Notes under the pieces: generated by a model | The model's database searches: none | Told to the model about the DNA's origin: nothing | Seen by the model: the letters and a program-made list of their open reading frames with translations, nothing else | Program-made: the position numbers and the translations under genes | Shown: positions 9,360-18,849 of the stretch, piece after piece | Position numbering within the stretch: the stretch's first letter is position 1 | Layout of the letters: every line of letters starts with the position of its first letter | Assembly (NCBI GenBank): GCA_963778795.1 | Contig: CAVZVU010000006.1 | Coordinates: 712,249-776,248, forward strand | DNA length: 64,000 nt | Source of the DNA: an uncultured Pseudomonadota bacterium | Lineage (GTDB): Bacteria; Myxococcota_A; Polyangia; Fen-1088 | Direction of reading: 5' to 3'

Positions 9360-10670
9360 ATGATGACGGAGCCGGACTTCACCTGCTTCGAGGTGGTCGG
9401 GGCGCTCGTCGTCGTGCTCGAGCCCGACGGCCAGATTGTCCACTGGAACCGCCGCTGTTCCGAGTTGACCGGCTACTCGCTCGAGGAGGTTCGTGGCCGG
9501 AGGTTCTGGGACTTCCTCCTGGTGCCGGAAGAGATCGAGCCGGTCAGGGCCGCCTTCGCCGCGCTGACGTTCGAGCATCCAAGCCCCTATACGAACTACT
9601 GGGTCGCCAAGAGCGGTGAGCGACGTTGGATCGCCTGGTCGCACACTTTGATGACCCACCCTGACGGAGGCGTCCGGTACGTCATCAAGACGGGAATCGA
9701 TCGAACCGAAAGCAAGCGGGCCTCCGATGACCTGGTCGCCTCCCGAGCCATGCTTGCCGCGCGCGCTGTCGAGTCCACGCGGTTGTACGAAGACGCCAGT
9801 CGGCTCACGAACGACCTTCGCGAGGCGAACCAGCACCTGGTCCGCGCGACGATCCAGGCGCAAGAGCTGACCGAGAAGGTGGAGGCGGCGCTGGCGCGCT
9901 CGGAGGAGAGCGAGCGGCAGCTGCGTGCGACAGCCGAGTTCCGGGAGATGTTCATTGGTGTACTGGGTCACGACCTGCGCAACCCGCTCGGGACGATCGC
10001 CATGCTCGCCGAGGTGGTCCGTCACTGCCGCGTCGACGACGAGGCTCGGCGTTGCATCTCGAGGATCGTCGCCAGCACCCAGCGCATGAGTCGGATGATC
10101 CATCAGCTGCTCGACTTCACGCGCGCGCGGCTCGGGGGAGGCTTCCCGCTCGAACCGAAGCCCACGAGCTTGCGTGACGTGTGCCAGAGCGTCGTCGAGG
10201 AATTCGGGGCGAGCATGCACCTGGATCTTGAAGGTGACCTGACCGGCACCTGGGACCCGGATCGCCTGGCTGAAGCTCTCTCCAACATCGCGGGCAACGC
10301 CGTCGAGCACGCGCGACCCGGAACCGAAGTCGTCGTCAGGGCACACCCCCAAGGAACCGATGTCGTCGTCGAGATCAGCAATCGGGGAGATCCCATTCCC
10401 CCGGATCTGCTCCCGTTCATCTTCGAGCCCTTCCGTCGAGGACAGCACGAGAGCTCGACGACCGGGAACCTCGGACTCGGCCTCTACATCGCCAATCAGA
10501 TCGTGCTCACCAGTGGTGGCACGCTTGACGCGCGGTCTGCCGACGGCACGACGACCTTCACGATGCGGCTGCCCCGCTCCCGAGACGCCGGCTCAGGCGG
10601 ACCCGAGCGATCGGATCCCGCTACCAAGAGTTCGCCTTCCCACGCCGACCCGACGCCGAGCGGACCGTAG
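9360..10670 (+). CDS. PAS-domain sensor histidine kinase
   Basis: PAS 'DGQIVHWNRRCSELTGYSLEEVRGR'; H-box 'GHDLRNPL'; 'NIAGNAVEH'; 'GLGLYI'. Confidence 0.9.
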   Translation: MMTEPDFTCFEVVGALVVVLEPDGQIVHWNRRCSELTGYSLEEVRGRRFWDFLLVPEEIEPVRAAFAALTFEHPSPYTNYWVAKSGERRWIAWSHTLMTHPDGGVRYVIKTGIDRTESKRASDDLVASRAMLAARAVESTRLYEDASRLTNDLREANQHLVRATIQAQELTEKVEAALARSEESERQLRATAEFREMFIGVLGHDLRNPLGTIAMLAEVVRHCRVDDEARRCISRIVASTQRMSRMIHQLLDFTRARLGGGFPLEPKPTSLRDVCQSVVEEFGASMHLDLEGDLTGTWDPDRLAEALSNIAGNAVEHARPGTEVVVRAHPQGTDVVVEISNRGDPIPPDLLPFIFEPFRRGQHESSTTGNLGLGLYIANQIVLTSGGTLDARSADGTTTFTMRLPRSRDAGSGGPERSDPATKSSPSHADPTPSGP

Positions 10671-10700
10671 CGCACCCCCGGTCGCGCGGTTCTCCAACGT

Positions 10701-10757
10701 TCAACCAGATGGTTGACTTAGGCGCGGGCGGTGGCGCATATTCAACCTGATGGTTGA
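10701..10757 (+). promoter_or_regulatory. Two ArsR-type operator palindromes with a likely sigma70 promoter
   Basis: TCAACCAGATGGTTGA (10701-10716) and TCAACCTGATGGTTGA (10742-10757, overlapping the ATG). TTGACT (10713-10718) and CATATT (10737-10742) are 18 bp apart. Confidence 0.75.
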
Positions 10758-11094
10758 CATAGCGGAGATGAACGAGGTGTTCCACGCGCTCAGTCACGAT
10801 GCGCGGCGCGCGATGCTGACCCGCCTCGCGTCCGTTGACCTCACCGTAGGGCAGCTTGCCGAGCCGTTCTCCATGTCGCTCGAGGCCGCCTCCAAGCATA
10901 TCCGGGTCCTGGAACGGGCCGGCCTGGTTCGCCGCACCGTGGAGGGTCGCCGTCACGTCTGCCGGCTGGAAGCTCGGCCGCTCGCTTCGGCCGCGGCCTG
11001 GCTGCGTTTCTACGAGCGCTTCTGGAACGCGCGTCTCGACGCACTCGCGGACCTGTTCCAACCGAGCCGGCCAACGAAAAGGAGAAGCCGATGA
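10750..11094 (+). CDS. ArsR/SmtB-family transcriptional regulator
   Basis: 'VFHALSHDARRAML..LTVGQLAEPFSMSLEAASKHIRVLERAGLV' winged helix. Confidence 0.9.
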   Translation: MVDIAEMNEVFHALSHDARRAMLTRLASVDLTVGQLAEPFSMSLEAASKHIRVLERAGLVRRTVEGRRHVCRLEARPLASAAAWLRFYERFWNARLDALADLFQPSRPTKRRSR

Positions 11095-11600
11095 CGCCGA
11101 AGACGACGTTTCCCGCCGTGAGATTGCAGCGCACCATTCCGGCACCACCATCCGAGGTGTACCGGGCCTGGCTCGACCCCGCGCTGCTACGGCAATGGAT
11201 GGCCCCCGGCGGATTCGACGTGAAACGCGCCGAGGTCGACGGCCGCGTGGGCGGTCATCTTCGCATCTGGCATGGGGACGCCGGCTCGGACGTGGGCGGC
11301 TTCGAGTGCGAGATCGTCGAGCTCGTCCCCCACGAGCGTCTTGTCTTCCGGTGGGGGTTCGTCGGCCCTGAAAGAGCCGCTGGGCCCGTGTATGACTCGC
11401 TGCTGACGATCACGCTGCAGGCTGCGAAGGGAAATGCGACGACCCTGACCTTGCTGCACCAGCGCCTGGACGATCTCGCCGCCGCGATGCCGCACGTCGC
11501 TGACAAGGTGGAGGTTGGCTGGGCGCTGGTCCTCGAGAAGCTCGCCCTTTCGTTCGGAGTCCATCGACGTCAGGCGAATGTGTCAGGCCAGAACACTTGA
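11091..11600 (+). CDS. SRPBCC (AHSA1/START-like) protein
   Basis: 'RTIPAPPSEVYRAWLDP..LRQW', 'PHERLVFRW', C-terminal 'GW'; overlaps the ArsR stop. Confidence 0.85.
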   Translation: MTPKTTFPAVRLQRTIPAPPSEVYRAWLDPALLRQWMAPGGFDVKRAEVDGRVGGHLRIWHGDAGSDVGGFECEIVELVPHERLVFRWGFVGPERAAGPVYDSLLTITLQAAKGNATTLTLLHQRLDDLAAAMPHVADKVEVGWALVLEKLALSFGVHRRQANVSGQNT

Positions 11601-11619
11601 ACTGCCGGAGGTCGAAATC

Positions 11620-12267
11620 ATGCGCAAGGTGATCGTTTTCGAGTTCATGAGCCTCGACGGTGTTGTGCAGGCGCCCGCCTATGTTGACGAGGACCCGAGC
11701 GGCGGGTTCAAACACGGAGGGTGGCATCCGCGGTACCTGGAGGAGCGTTCGATGAAGTGGGTCGTCGAGAACGTGAGTGGGGCGGGCGGCTTCCTGTTCG
11801 GCCGCCGCACTTACGAAGTGTTCGCGGCGCACTGGCCGACCGCGTCCCAGGAGGAGCAGGCGCTCGCCCAGCCGTTGAACACCCTCCCGAAGTACGTCGC
11901 GTCGACAACGCTGAAGGCGCCGCTGGTCTGGCGGAATTCGCGGTTGCTCGACAGCCCAGTTGCAGAGTCGGTGGCCAACTTGCGGCGCGAAGACGGCGGG
12001 AATCTCCTGGTGATCGGCAGCACCCAGCTCGCGGCCGCGCTCCTGGCTCACGATCTGGTCGACGAGCTCCGGCTGATGATCGATCCCGTGCTCCTGGGCG
12101 GCGGCAAGCGCTTCTTTCGCGATGACGGAGCGTGCCTGCGGCTCGCCCTCTCGACGAGCGAGGCGACCCCGACCGGCGCGATCCTGGCGACGTACGTCCG
12201 TTCCAGCGCCGATGCGCCGGCGGGAGCGAGCGCGTTGCCCCTTCCCCGACCGCCGCCCGATCGTTGA
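11620..12267 (+). CDS. Dihydrofolate reductase / RibD C-terminal family protein
   Basis: 'MSLDGVVQAP', 'LFGRRTYE', 'PKYVASTTL', 'IGSTQL', 'DLVDELRLMIDPVLLGGGKRFF'. Confidence 0.9.
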   Translation: MRKVIVFEFMSLDGVVQAPAYVDEDPSGGFKHGGWHPRYLEERSMKWVVENVSGAGGFLFGRRTYEVFAAHWPTASQEEQALAQPLNTLPKYVASTTLKAPLVWRNSRLLDSPVAESVANLRREDGGNLLVIGSTQLAAALLAHDLVDELRLMIDPVLLGGGKRFFRDDGACLRLALSTSEATPTGAILATYVRSSADAPAGASALPLPRPPPDR

Positions 12268-12302
12268 GATCTCTGATCGCTCGGGCTGGGCGATCAGAGA
12301 TC
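12268..12302. terminator. Hairpin between convergent genes
   Basis: GATCTCTGATCGC-N9-GCGATCAGAGATC, a perfect 13-bp stem. No U-tract, so terminator function is tentative. Confidence 0.55.
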
Positions 12303-14664
12303 GAGGCGCGTGACCCGGACCGCGATTGCCGTCGTGGTGGTCCACGGCGGCAGGGTCTGCAGCAGCGCTTTCACGGCCTCGTCGCGGGCGGGGGCGCGCG
12401 CGATCGCGCGCAGCTCGACGGGCACCGGCGCGCGGCCGTGCACGGTGATGGACAGCTCGGCGCCGTCGGCGGCCAGCCCCTCGAGGTGAACCACGCGCTG
12501 GCCCCACGCCTGCATGGTCGCCTCGGGCGGCGCGCCCAGCGACCAGCCGACAAGGCGCGCGGCGGGGAGGGCGAGGCGCATCTGAGCGCCCGGCGCCGTC
12601 ACGCGCAGGCGCAGCTCGCGGCGGTCGGAGACGACGTCATACGCGTCGGCGATCACCTCGATGCGCGGAGGGTCCAGGTCCTCCGGCGGCGGCGCCGGCC
12701 GCTCGTGCGAGAACGGCGGCAGCCAGGTCTCGAAATGCGGCCATCCCGCGCGGGCGGGCGTGAATCCGGGGACCGAGGAGAGGACCGACTCCAGCCCGAG
12801 CGCGTCGCCCGACCGCAGCAGCAGCGCGCTCCTCGGAACGCCCGACGACTCTTCGGCTGACGATTCTTCGGCGACCTGGGCCACCCGCAGCCGCTTCGGT
12901 CGCTCGGCCGTATACGGGAACCGCACGGCCGTCGCCACGAGCCCGATGACGCCCACGACCACGCACGCGAGGGATGCGCGCCCGAATCCGCCCACGCCGT
13001 GGACGACCGCGGCCGCCAGCACCGCAACGGCGACGGCCACGCCACCGGCCAGCAGAGCGACGGGCGCGTCGAACGGCTGCGGCGCCGGGATCGTGCCGGT
13101 GATGGGCAGGAAATAGCTGAGGAACAGCACGCCGAGCTCGACGGTCACGACGGCGCCAGGGACCACGCTGAGCAGCGCCAGAATGGACCGCGCCCGTGGA
13201 AACAGCAGCGACGCGATCATGCCGGCCGCGGTCGCCCAGACCCAGTGAAGCGGGATGTACCCGACGCCCACCCCGCTGATCGTCGCGGCCGCCAGCCACG
13301 CCGACCAGAAGATCAGGCCGCCGGCCCAAGCTGCGAAGGCGTGCCGTTCGACGTCCGTCCTCCGCAGCGCGCGGCGGCGCCAGGCCGCGTGCACGCCGAA
13401 CACAGCCGCCAGCGCGGGCGCTGCGAACGCCGGCACGACCAGCGCCGGGGCGCTGAACCAGCCGTGCGGGCGGCCGAGCCCGCGGCCCAGCAGCAGGCCC
13501 GCCGCGACGGCGGCGCCGATGCCGGCGACGACCGCGAGCAGGGTCCACGCGAGCGCACCCAGCGCGGACCGCGCCGAGATCTCGCGATCGCCGCGCGCCT
13601 GCGGCCAGCGCGATCGCCGCCAGGACCAGCGCCGCGATGCCCAGCGCCCGACCGGTCTGCGCTTTGTAGGCCACCATCGTCGCGCCGACGAGGTCGTAGT
13701 AGACGACCGGTGCCCGGTCGGCGGCGGTGCGGGCGACCGGGAGCGGTCCGCTCGCCAGCGCGCGGACCACCGCAACCGCGGTGTCGCCCATGTGCTGCAG
13801 GCTCCCGCGCTCGAGCCGCGCCGGGCGGTCGAGCGCGTCGTGGTACGCCCACCCATCGCCGGTCATCGCCACGTCCAGGCCGACGAGGCCCGCTTCATGA
13901 AACGGCGTGAAGTCCCCGTTGTGAGGCAAAAGACCGCTGGCCACGAGATCCTGGCCCACGACGTTGCCGACGGGAATCGGCGCCACCCGCGCGTAGGTCT
14001 CGGCGAGCCATGGGTTGCCTGCGCCGAACAGCCCCGCGCGCCCGCCGGGCAACGCTTCCAGATAAAGATACGCGCGGACATCGCGGGCCCACCGGTGCTT
14101 CAGGAATCCGGCCGCGCCGAACAGGCCCGCCTCCTCGCCGCCGTTCAGGTTCACCACGATCGTGTGCGCGAGCGGCGCCTCGCGCGCCAACACGCGGAGC
14201 GTCTCGACGATGGCCGCCACGCCGGCGGCGTCGTCGGCCGCTCCGACCGAATCCAGCAGGGTGTCGAAGTGCGCGTCCAGGAGGATCGCCTCGGGCGAGC
14301 GGCCCGGCAGGCGCGCCACCACGTTGAGTGTCCGGTAGACGAACGCCGGCAGCACGCTCGACCGATACACCTCGGTGCCCGAGACGTCCTGGATCTCGAC
14401 CTCGAGCCCGGGGATCCGCCGCAGCTCGCTGGCCAGCAACTCGGCCGCCCGCGCGTGCGCCGCCGTTCCGTTGACGCGCTCGCCGAGATCGACGAGCCGC
14501 TGCACGACCTCGCGGGCCCGTCCCTCCGAGAAGCGAGCCGCGGGCGCGTCGAGAGGCAGCGGCGCCGGCGGCCGCAGGGCCCACCACGCCGCGCCGAGGA
14601 CGGCGGCCGCCAGGGCCGCTATCGTGCTCCAGACGGCTGCTGTCTGCGATGGACGGATTCGCAC
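12294..14664 (-). CDS. M28 metallopeptidase with multi-TM C-terminus (ERMP1-like); one frameshift near 13590
   Basis: 'DAHFDT..GAADDAAGV', 'GGEEAGLFG', 'YHDALD' in ORF 12637..14907; the TM region continues in ORF 12294..13856 ('REISARSALGALAW'). Confidence 0.8.
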
Positions 14665-14759
14665 GCAGCTTGGACAGCCGGCGCGCGTCGAGGTTCCCGC
14701 AAAGAGATGCCGGGCAAATCGAGGCCGCGATTCGCCACCTCGTGCGCGGCACCGAACGG

Positions 14760-14819
14760 CGCGGTTCCGCGCTTTGTCCTCGCCGAACGCCCGCCGCCTT
14801 GTGCTTGACGGAGCTTGTA
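14760..14819 (+). repeat. 60-bp dispersed element, copy 1 (copy 2 at 61086-61145)
   Basis: 55/60 identity by manual alignment; ends 31 nt before an HK start. Confidence 0.9.
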
Positions 14820-14850
14820 TTGGCGCCCACCTTCGACTGGTGGGGTCGCA

Positions 14851-17190
14851 ATGTTCGCGGACGTCCTCGAGGGGATGCGGGGAAAGCTGGTCGATGAGCT
14901 CGGCCACCGCTTGGCACGCATCGAGCCTCCGTCACGGCTGACCCCCGACCGCCGCGTGCGCTTGAACCGCGACGTCGCGGAGGTGATCGAGGCGTTACGG
15001 CGCGGCTGCCCCGATGACTTGGCCGAGTCACCGGCGGTCGACGATCCGGAGCGCGAGCTCGACGAGCACGAGCTGGTCGAGCGTCTCCTGCTGGAGCAAG
15101 CCGCGAAGACCGGCGACCGCACGTGCGCGACCGAGGTCGCCATCGCGTGGTGGCGGTGCAGGGCGGATCGCAGTTCCTTGCGCGAGCAGACGCGGCGCCT
15201 GGCGATGCTCCTCGATGAAGTGAAAGACGGCGCCGCGGTCCTCGCTCCGGACGCAAGACTTCTCTACTGCAACCGACGTGTGGCGCAGGGGATTCGCGAG
15301 CTCGCGTGCGTTGGCCACGGCGACATCATCGGCAAGACACCGGACGAGATCGGCCTACCGCTCGAGCACCTCGTCGGTCGTCCGATCGTCGATCTCGAGG
15401 CCCTGGCGCGCGCACGCGCTTCGTTCGAGCTCTGCACCGCCGAGCGCGCCAACGAGACGCAGTTCGACGCCATCTACCGGCCCGATGGCCGGGTGGGCGC
15501 GGTCGCTTTCGTGGTGCGCGACACCCATGGTCTCAGGCAGGAGCGTTTGCGCCTCGACATCCTGTCGAAGCTCTCGGCGCTGGCCGGCGTTCTCGACTAC
15601 GGCGAGGTCGCCGCCAGCATCGCCAACGTGCCGATCCCAGAGCTGGCCGATTGGTGCACGTTCAACGTCGTCGAGAACAAGCGCATCCAGCAGCTCTTCG
15701 TGGCCAATCGTGACCCGTCGAAGAAACCTCTTCGCGACGCGATCCTCAAGGCCTCTCCGCCCTGGGACCGGCACCCTCTCTGGCAGGAGATGCTCACCAG
15801 CGGCTATCAGCTTCTCACCGAGGTGAGCGACAATCTCCTGCGCAGGGTCGCCGGGACCAAGGAGCGATACCGGCTGCTCTCGCTGCTCGGCATCCGTTCC
15901 GTCCTGGTGGTTCCGCTGGTCTCGCAAGCCCGGGTCACGGGTATCCTGTCGCTGATATATACGCACGACTCGGGCCGAAGGTACGGCAGCGGGGACCCGA
16001 TGCTCGCGAAGGAGCTCGCGCTGCACGCCGCGAATGCGCTCGAGAACGCGCGGCTCATGACAGATCTAAAGACGAGCGAGACACGCTTCCGCGTGGCGCT
16101 CGGAGGCGCGCGCACGGTCGTTTTCGAGCAGGACACGTCGCTGCACTACACCTGGTTCTACAACCCGTTCGCGCGAGAGGGGCACGCCGGCGAGACCCCC
16201 GACCATTGGCTCGCGTCCCACGAGGCCGCTGTCACCGCGGCGACGAAGAACCGCGTGCTCGAGCAGGGAGAGAGCATCACCGAAGAGGTCGATGTCACGT
16301 CCGACAAGAACGAGCGGCGCCACTACCGCGAGGCGATCGAGCCGATGCGCGATCGCGCCGGCAAGATCGTCGGCATCATCGGCGCCGCGACCGACATCAC
16401 CGAGCAGCAAGCCATGCAGCAGCGGCTGACCGACGACGTCAGCTTCCGGGAGCGGATGATGGGGGTCCTCGGGCACGATCTGCGCAACCCGCTCAACGCG
16501 ATCACGCTCTCGAGCGACCTCCTGCTGCGGCGCGCCGAGCGTTCCGCGGAGGACCGCAAGCAGCTCGAGCACATCCGCCGCGCGACCGATCGCATGAAGG
16601 AGATGATCGATACGTTGCTCGACTTCACCCGCCTACGCTTCGGCGCGTTTCCCCTGTCGTTCCGCCCGGCCGACCTCGGCGAGATCGCGCGTGGCGTCGT
16701 CGACGAGATCCGCGCCGGCAAGCCCGATCGGCCGATCGAGCTGCGTACACGCGGCCCGCTCCGCGGCGAGTGGGACCCCGCTCGGGTGTCGCAGGCCATC
16801 ACGAACCTCGTGAGCAACGCGCTTGCCTACGGCGAGCCGGAGACGACGGTGAGAGTGGACGTCGACGGGAACGACCGCGATGCGACGATCCGTGTGAACA
16901 ACCTCGGCGCACCGATCCCGCCGGCCTTCATGGCGGTGATCTTCGAGCCGTTCCGCCGCGACGTGCCCCATGACCGCTCGCCCAATGGCCTCGGGCTTGG
17001 CTTGTACATCGTCCAGCAGATCGTGCTCGCCCACGGAGGCGAGATCAACGTCGAGTCAAACTCCCAGGACGGCACGACGTTCACGATTCGCCTGCCGGTG
17101 GCTGCCGCCGGCGCGGCACGGGAGTCCTGCGGGAACGGGCATTGGGCCAGAATGAAGCCAACCGGCGTGGCGTCGGCGGGCCCCGGTTGA
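14851..17190 (+). CDS. PAS/GAF/PAS sensor histidine kinase
   Basis: GAF 'PELADWC', 'SVLVVPL'; PAC 'EPMRDRAGKIVGIIGAATDIT'; H-box 'GHDLRNPL'; 'GLGLGLYI'. Confidence 0.9.
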   Translation: MFADVLEGMRGKLVDELGHRLARIEPPSRLTPDRRVRLNRDVAEVIEALRRGCPDDLAESPAVDDPERELDEHELVERLLLEQAAKTGDRTCATEVAIAWWRCRADRSSLREQTRRLAMLLDEVKDGAAVLAPDARLLYCNRRVAQGIRELACVGHGDIIGKTPDEIGLPLEHLVGRPIVDLEALARARASFELCTAERANETQFDAIYRPDGRVGAVAFVVRDTHGLRQERLRLDILSKLSALAGVLDYGEVAASIANVPIPELADWCTFNVVENKRIQQLFVANRDPSKKPLRDAILKASPPWDRHPLWQEMLTSGYQLLTEVSDNLLRRVAGTKERYRLLSLLGIRSVLVVPLVSQARVTGILSLIYTHDSGRRYGSGDPMLAKELALHAANALENARLMTDLKTSETRFRVALGGARTVVFEQDTSLHYTWFYNPFAREGHAGETPDHWLASHEAAVTAATKNRVLEQGESITEEVDVTSDKNERRHYREAIEPMRDRAGKIVGIIGAATDITEQQAMQQRLTDDVSFRERMMGVLGHDLRNPLNAITLSSDLLLRRAERSAEDRKQLEHIRRATDRMKEMIDTLLDFTRLRFGAFPLSFRPADLGEIARGVVDEIRAGKPDRPIELRTRGPLRGEWDPARVSQAITNLVSNALAYGEPETTVRVDVDGNDRDATIRVNNLGAPIPPAFMAVIFEPFRRDVPHDRSPNGLGLGLYIVQQIVLAHGGEINVESNSQDGTTFTIRLPVAAAGAARESCGNGHWARMKPTGVASAGPG

Positions 17191-17213
17191 TCGTGTGACT
17201 GAGCGCCGTCGTG

Positions 17214-17762
17214 CTACGCCCGCGCGCGGGCTGGCACCCACGCGACCGCGGCGCCGACGGCCATCGCTCCCAGAACGGCCAGCGCGCTTCCGAGTCCCAG
17301 GCCGACGCAACCGAGCGCGGTGGTGAGGCTCGCGACGAGCCCGATCTGACTCCAGACCCGAAGGCGGCTTGGAGACTGGGTGCGGACGGCGTACCAGGCG
17401 CTGGCGCCACCGGCGAACACACCGGCCAAGAGGCAGCCGATTCCGCAAACGGTGACGGCCCGGTCCGGGTCGCACCAGCCTTCGACTGCGATCGTGAAAA
17501 GCCCGACGGTCATTGGAATCGCGCCCAGCTTCAAGCCCGAGCGCGCGGCGCGTTCTCCCTCGGCGTTCAGCCAGCCGAGTCCCACGGTCACGGCGAGCAG
17601 CGCCAGCGCGCTCCCCGCGATGGCGGCGTGGTTGGGCGACACCGCCAAGGCAAGCAGGGTGAAGGGCACCACCGCTACGACGACGACTCGGCTCGCGCTT
17701 CGCAACCGCCCCCACTCGGCGGCGCGCCGGGCTCGCTTGGCCAGTGCTTCGAGATCAACCAT
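17214..17762 (-). CDS. Multi-TM Cys-containing putative anti-sigma factor (NrsF/DUF1109-like)
   Basis: Overlaps the ECF stop; about 5-6 TM helices; 'WCDPDRAVTVCGIGC', 'LGCVG'. Confidence 0.6.
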   Translation of the reverse strand: MVDLEALAKRARRAAEWGRLRSASRVVVVAVVPFTLLALAVSPNHAAIAGSALALLAVTVGLGWLNAEGERAARSGLKLGAIPMTVGLFTIAVEGWCDPDRAVTVCGIGCLLAGVFAGGASAWYAVRTQSPSRLRVWSQIGLVASLTTALGCVGLGLGSALAVLGAMAVGAAVAWVPARARA

Positions 17763-18285
17763 GGGCGCGCCTCCATGCGGCTCGCAGCCGCTCGATGGCA
17801 CGGAACCGCCGCTTGCGCGACGTCTCGTCCGTGGGCGGCTCCTCGCCGGCGAATGCGTAGGCCAGCGCCACACGATCTCGTTCGGGCAGCTCGCCGACCA
17901 GCTCCAGGATCGCTTGTCGGAGTTGATCGGCCATCGCCTGCTCTTCGACGTTCATGCCCTGCTGCTCCGCGCGCTCGAGCGTTGCTGCCGGGGACTCGCG
18001 CCGGCGGGTGCGCTGCTTGCGGATGGTCATGACCTCGTAGCCGGCGATCCCGAGAGCCCAGCTGACGCCGTCGCGCGCACGATCGAAGTCGGCGATCCGT
18101 GAGAAGACCTTCAACATGGCTTGCTGCGCGGCGTCCTCCGCGTCGGCGAGGGGCTCCAGCGTGCGCGACGCGAACGAGAGCAGGACAGGCCAGAGCGCGT
18201 CGAAGAGCGGCTGGAATGCCGCCCGCTCGCCGTCGGCGAACTGGACGATCCACGCCTGGATCTGGCGTCGGCGCTCCGCATCCAT
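17755..18285 (-). CDS. ECF sigma-70 factor
   Basis: 'AAFQPLF', 'DAEDAAQQAMLKV', region 4 'ELPERDRVAL'. Confidence 0.85.
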   Translation of the reverse strand: MDAERRRQIQAWIVQFADGERAAFQPLFDALWPVLLSFASRTLEPLADAEDAAQQAMLKVFSRIADFDRARDGVSWALGIAGYEVMTIRKQRTRRRESPAATLERAEQQGMNVEEQAMADQLRQAILELVGELPERDRVALAYAFAGEEPPTDETSRKRRFRAIERLRAAWRRAHG

Positions 18286-18299
18286 CCTCCGAGGCTACA

Positions 18300-18680
18300 T
18301 CACCTCTCCGCGGCCCCGGAGAGGTTGCCGGCGTCCGGGCCGCACCCGCAAGAGCCGTCAATCGCGCACGTGGCGCCTTCACCGACAGGCGGGGCGCATC
18401 TGCTGCGGCGTCGCCGGGCGAACACCACCACCGCCGCCACCGCGCCGAGGACGAACAATCCCGCCGACATTGGCTCGAGGATCTTGAAGAACGCCGCGAC
18501 CCCGCCGCCGATTCCAATGACGCCGAGGATCGGGAGAGTGCAGCAGGCGACGCAGCCGAGTAGCCCAAGACCGCCGACTCCGCCGAGAAGCGCGGAACGA
18601 TTGAGGCGCCCGCGCGGTGCAGCGCCACCGGCAGCTCTCGGCCCAGGTTGGATTCGGGTCGGTGATTGTTGGGTGTGCAT
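18300..18680 (-). CDS. MerT/MerC-like small membrane protein (putative metal binding or transport)
   Basis: 'CVACCTLP' in TM1, a second TM, and C-terminal 'C..ATCAIDGSCGCG'; RBS AAGGAG before the ATG. Confidence 0.65.
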   Translation of the reverse strand: MHTQQSPTRIQPGPRAAGGAAPRGRLNRSALLGGVGGLGLLGCVACCTLPILGVIGIGGGVAAFFKILEPMSAGLFVLGAVAAVVVFARRRRSRCAPPVGEGATCAIDGSCGCGPDAGNLSGAAER

Positions 18681-18813
18681 GCGGCTCCTTCGCTGCCAAT
18701 AGGCGGCCGCACGACGATCCGGGACAGGGGAGGGGAGGTTTTGTCGAATGCGACGCGAGGGATCGACGCCGTGGAGGGGGTGTCCCGTCCGAGGCTGGTG
18801 CCGCCTACTGCTT

Positions 18814-18835
18814 CAGCGATCAAGCTTGATCGCTG
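18814..18835. promoter_or_regulatory. Perfect 22-bp palindrome, putative operator
   Basis: CAGCGATCAAGCTTGATCGCTG, 5 nt upstream of the AGGAG RBS of the next gene. Confidence 0.6.
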
Positions 18836-18849
18836 CGAACAGGAGCCCC

